From Macrostomum lignano (taxonomy: Eukaryota): a stretch of 64,000 nucleotides of DNA. The stretch spans positions 310,578 through 374,577 of the forward strand of contig NIVC01001601.1 in NCBI GenBank assembly GCA_002269645.1, in the 5' to 3' direction. This document shows, one piece after another, positions 59,838 to 64,000 of this stretch. The position numbers were made by a program, and so were the translations under genes. The first letter of the stretch is position 1. Each line of letters starts with the position of its first letter. A model generated the notes under the pieces. It had not been told where the DNA came from, did not search any database, and was given only the letters and a program-made list of their open reading frames with translations.

Positions 59838-62800
59838 ATGTCGGAAGACATTCAAAAGTCTCTGCTCAAAATGATGAAGCATGGTGAGAGGAGGCTGGAA
59901 AAAAGCGATATAGGATCGGAAAAAGACAAAGTAGAGCGAAACTTGTTCTTCGCCTCGGTCGCATCAGGCAACAATCGTTCCGTGCACTCGTTTTTGCTGA
60001 AAGGCATCGACCCGAACGCCACAAACGAGGAGGGTCGCTCCGGCCTGCACATTGCCGCACTGTCGAGCCACCAGGACGTGTTCGGCACGCTGCTCACCAG
60101 GGGAGCGAATTCCGATCAGGCCGATAAGAGTGGCATCACGCCGCTGATGTGCGCCGCTCAGTCGGGCAGCGTTGTCATCGTAGACCAGCTCCTTGGTCGC
60201 GGCGCGGACGTGACGAAGAAAACAAACGACGGCTTGTCGGCCGTATTCTACGCTCTGTTCAACGGGAACACAAAGATTGCTAAGAAGCTGGAGAAGCAAC
60301 AGTCGTGCATTCATCAGCTAGCGGAGAAGCCGACCGCTAGTATTCTTGAAAAGGCGGTCACAAAGAACTGGATCAAGGTGGTACGATTCATGCACGAAAG
60401 AAAGTGCGATGTGTCCTACCGAGCAAAGCTCGTCCTCGCCTCCCAAGCTGGCCTGTGCGGTCACACGGAGATGTTGCAGTACTTTCCAGTAAAGTTTGAT
60501 GACAAAGTTGATGAAGATGGCCGCAGCCCTCTTCGCTGCGCAGTGCAGAACGGTTTTTATGATGCTGTGAAATACATGCTGGACGAAGGCTGCGATGTGA
60601 ATAACAATGAAGAATGCGTTAAAATTGCCATCTTGACAGGGCACTTGGATATACTAAAACTCTTAAGAGAGAAAGGCGCTCCGCTTTACGAAAAAGACGA
60701 ACAAGGCGTCACCCCCATTCAGCTAGCTCTTGCCCAAGGAACATTGGATATGCTGAAGTACCTCCTGGACCAGGGCTGCTCCCTGGAAGCCCATGAGAAA
60801 ATGGGAAACTTACCTATAATGGCAGTATCAATGCGACAGACGGAGCTACCAGAAGTCTTGAAATTTCTTTCTGAGAAAGGCTTGAAAATCGATGAGCAGG
60901 ATCCTAATACTGGCGAAACAGCACTTTTAGCAATTTCTCAGAAGGGACCGATTCAAGCCATCGAGTTTCTCATCGATCAGGGTTGCAATTTGAGCGTTAA
61001 GAATCAGCGCGATGTGACACCAGCGTTAAGAGCCGCTCATAACAAGCAAGAAGACATACTGATGCTGCTGGGAGAGCGAGGCGCAGAACTCGACATACCG
61101 AATCGTAACGGCGAGACCGCCATTTTGTGCGCAGCTCGCAACAAGTCGCTTTCAATGGTTCGTTTTTTGGCAGAAAAAGGTTGCAAGCTGGATACGAGGG
61201 ACATCCTCGGCATAGCATCGCCTACTACGCCGTGAAGGAAAATAATGTGGCACTACTGAACTTTCTTCAGCAAAGAAGGGTTTCTTTTGACGACCCCGAC
61301 AACAAAGGGATGACGCCGCTTATAATTGCCGTTAAATGCGGAGCAATCGACGCGATCAAGCTTCTGACAACCCGACCCAATCTGTGCACGATCGACTACA
61401 AAGACAGAGCCGGTAGAACTGCTTTGCAACACGCTGTCCAAACAGGTAAGCTGGAAATCATCAAATATTTGAAAGAGAAAAATGCCAACGTAAGCACTGT
61501 AGACTGTGCTGGAAACACGTTACTTCTAGAAGCACTAAAGCAGAAAAGATCTTATGCCGTTTTGGAATATCTAACTGAAACTCTTGAGTGCGACATTCAG
61601 GCAACAAATAATGAAATCAAAACAGCCATGCACTATGCCTGCATGGATAAGACAAACGACGCCCTGATGCATCTACTTGAAGCTGAGTCGCCCTTCGATA
61701 CTCAAGACCACGACGGAATGACGCCTTTCATGATCAGTTCTGCTCAAGGCAGCGAATCGCTTGTCACCGTGCTCAAGTCCGTTGGTGCCGACGTCAACAG
61801 ACGGAATCATGCCGGCGAAAATGCGGTTCACTTGGCGGTAAAGAGCGGCAATCTCAAGGTTGTCCAGTGCTTCTCCCTGTTTGGTTGCGTGATGGACCAG
61901 GAAGACAACTGCGGCATCACACCGCTGATGATCGCCTGCTCAAAAAACGAGCTGGGCATGGTCAGGTTTCTCGTCAAGAAAAATCGAGCGGATGTCAATG
62001 CCATCGCTCACAATGGACGAACACCAGCGCACTTTGCGTGCCAGTCTGGTTCCTTGGAGCTTTTGAAGCTTTTGCACAGCCAGGGTGCAGAGTTGGACAA
62101 TGCAGATAACAACGGCGTTACGCCCATCTTCCTCGCAGCCGCAAACCAAAATGAAGCGTTCTTGGTGTACCTTAGCAACTCGGGATGCCAGCTAGCCGCT
62201 GCGGACATGTCCTTGAAGACTGTTCTTCACTACGCTGTTGAGGGAAAGAACGAGGCCGCTGTCCGATCTCTGCTCGAAAGGGATGGCATCGATCCTAATG
62301 CACTTGATGACTCAGGGACTTCGCCCGTGATGCTGAGCGTCCAGCTCGGCAGCGACTCCATCCTGGAGGCGCTTCGGAAGAAAGGCGGTAGAATCGATGA
62401 AACATTCGACCAGGAATGGCGCAGCATTGCCCACATGGCCTGCGCAACTGGAAACCTGAGGCTACTTCACGAGACAAAAGGCCAGGTGTCACTCAGTAGC
62501 CGAACAAAGTCAAGTGAAAACTGCTTAACTATTGCGTGCGCGAACGGACACGAAGAGATCGTGAACTTTCTAATTCAGAGTAAGGTTCACATAAGCTACA
62601 AGAATTCTCAAGGTGATAACGCACTGATTGTTGCTGTGAAGAGTTCAAATTTAAAGCTGGTTCCTGTGCTGCTGAAAGCTGGAGCAAAAGCACAGGACAC
62701 TAATAAAGAGGGAAACAACGCTGCGCACGTGCTCTGCAGCAAGCCTTGCACATCTAAGTTGGACAAAGTTAAAAGACTAAAGATGGAGACCGACGAGCAT

Positions 62801-64000
62801 TTGGATGACTTAAAAAGATCTATTGAAAAGGGACTTCGCGGACAAGACGCGCTGAAGCCGAAATTTCTTGAGGTCGTGTCCAGGACAAAGGAACTGCCCG
62901 ATCACCTTGTGAAGAGCAAACTGCCTCCGGGCTGCGTGTCAAAAAAACTCGCGATTAAATGTCTCTCCAAGTTTTTCGAATCTGGGACGGACGTGAACGC
63001 GCAGAATAATGAAGGCAAAGGAGCTCTGCATTTCGCGGCCGAGGTTGGAAGCAAGGAGATGATTCGCTTCCTTCTATCAAAAGGGGCGCTTATTGATCTC
63101 AAAGACAAACATGGTGAAACGCCAGTTTTTGGTGCCATCAGACGGGGCAAAGAGAAAGTGGCCGAGCTGCTGCTCGACCGGGGAGCGAGTGCCTCTAGTA
63201 CGAATAACAATGGACTGTCGGTGTTCTCGCTGGCTGTCGCGGTCAACAGTGTCAAAGTGGTTGAACTTCTTCGGCAAACGGAGGCCTCACTAAGCATCGA
63301 TCATGTAGTTGACGAGCTGAAGCTAGAAGACATATTCAAGTTTCAAAACGTTAAGCACTTGGAATTCCTTCTCAGCAGAGATTTCGATGGAAAGAAGAGA
63401 GAAAACGGTATGACCATTCTTCATCACTTGATTTTGGCTGGCGACATTCAACTGTTAAGAGCGGTTCGAAGGAATCCCAAGTGCTCGTTTCTTAAGGAAA
63501 TTGTGAACGATCAGGACGCAGATGGCAATTCAGCCTTGCACTTGGCGCTCATGACTGGCAGGCTGGACATGGCTGCCGTGCTGTCTGACCTTCAGTGCCG
63601 CACCGATCTGAGGAATGCACGCGGCCACTTGCCACTGCATGTTGCTGTTAGCGAGAACAAACTCAGCTTGGTCAGGTGGCTGTTTGATCACTGCAAAATA
63701 AGTGTTCGACCGGAATCAGAGGAACCAGAAGGCACCCAGTCTCCGCTACACCTTTCTGCAACCATGGGCAACCTGCTGGTGTTCGAATATCTGCAGCAGA
63801 AAAACTTTAAACCTGAAAACAGTTTGCAGCAACAAAAACAACTGCGCCCATTACGCAGCCATTCATGGAAACCTGCACATCCTGGAAGCTATTTTCGGCT
63901 GCCCAGAACGTGAAAATCTACTAAAAGAAGAAAACTGCCAGAATCTGACGCCATTGTTATGCGCTATTCTTAACGGTCACGAGCGGTTGCCAGATTTCTG
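59838..64000 (+). CDS. Large intronless multi-ankyrin-repeat protein (30+ repeats), interrupted by single-base frameshifts at ~61212, ~63806 and probably ~63985; runs off the window end
   Basis: ORFs 59838-61235 and 61127-63913 are both tandem ANK repeats (G.TPL..AA..G...VV..LL..GA.VN). The repeat register continues across each frame break (LG[N]SIAYYAV; K[N]LNLKTVCSNKNNCAHYAAIHGNLHIL...NLTPLLCAILNGHE). Could be an assembly artefact or a young pseudogene. Confidence 0.8.

Noticed and set aside
61127-61235. Programmed -1 ribosomal frameshift in the ankyrin gene
   Set aside because: No X XXY YYZ slippery heptamer at the break, and further indels of both signs occur, which fits errors or decay better.

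Overview
Eukaryotic, intron-rich invertebrate genomic DNA. The gene content, short introns and one minisatellite per intron suggest a free-living flatworm such as Macrostomum; that assignment is inference. Genes reconstructed by hand from GT-AG exons: (1) the last two exons of an unidentified Ala/Gln-rich protein (+). (2) Two tandem minus-strand SLC17/VGLUT paralogues with the same 9-exon structure: a canonical copy A at 4395-15168 and a divergent copy B at 22307-26482. (3) Intronless NDUFB5. (4) DRG2. (5) A GT31 beta-1,3-glycosyltransferase-like gene that has lost its DxD and EDV motifs. (6) ACP5/purple acid phosphatase. (7) PYURF/PREY, with no ATG in its main exon. (8) A tax-2/CNGB-type cyclic-nucleotide-gated channel beta subunit. 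(9) A >4 kb intronless ankyrin-repeat gene broken by single-base frameshifts and running off the window end. About 35-40% of the window (hand tally) is made of ~35 different micro- and minisatellite arrays, which explain most of the long ORFs in the supplied track. Also present: two decayed 3' ends of one non-LTR retrotransposon family, tRNA-derived SINEs sharing a structurally conserved central hairpin, and a MITE-like inverted repeat. Best leads: a possible spliced-leader-donated start codon for PYURF and a wider trans-splicing/operon signature; a mammalian-VGLUT1-type PPRPPPP motif in an invertebrate VGLUT; a VGLUT paralogue lacking conserved His/Glu residues; a putative pseudo- or metal-independent GT31; a SINE core hairpin with a compensatory base-pair change; and minisatellites that amplify ETS- and RFX-like motifs near a ciliary channel gene.
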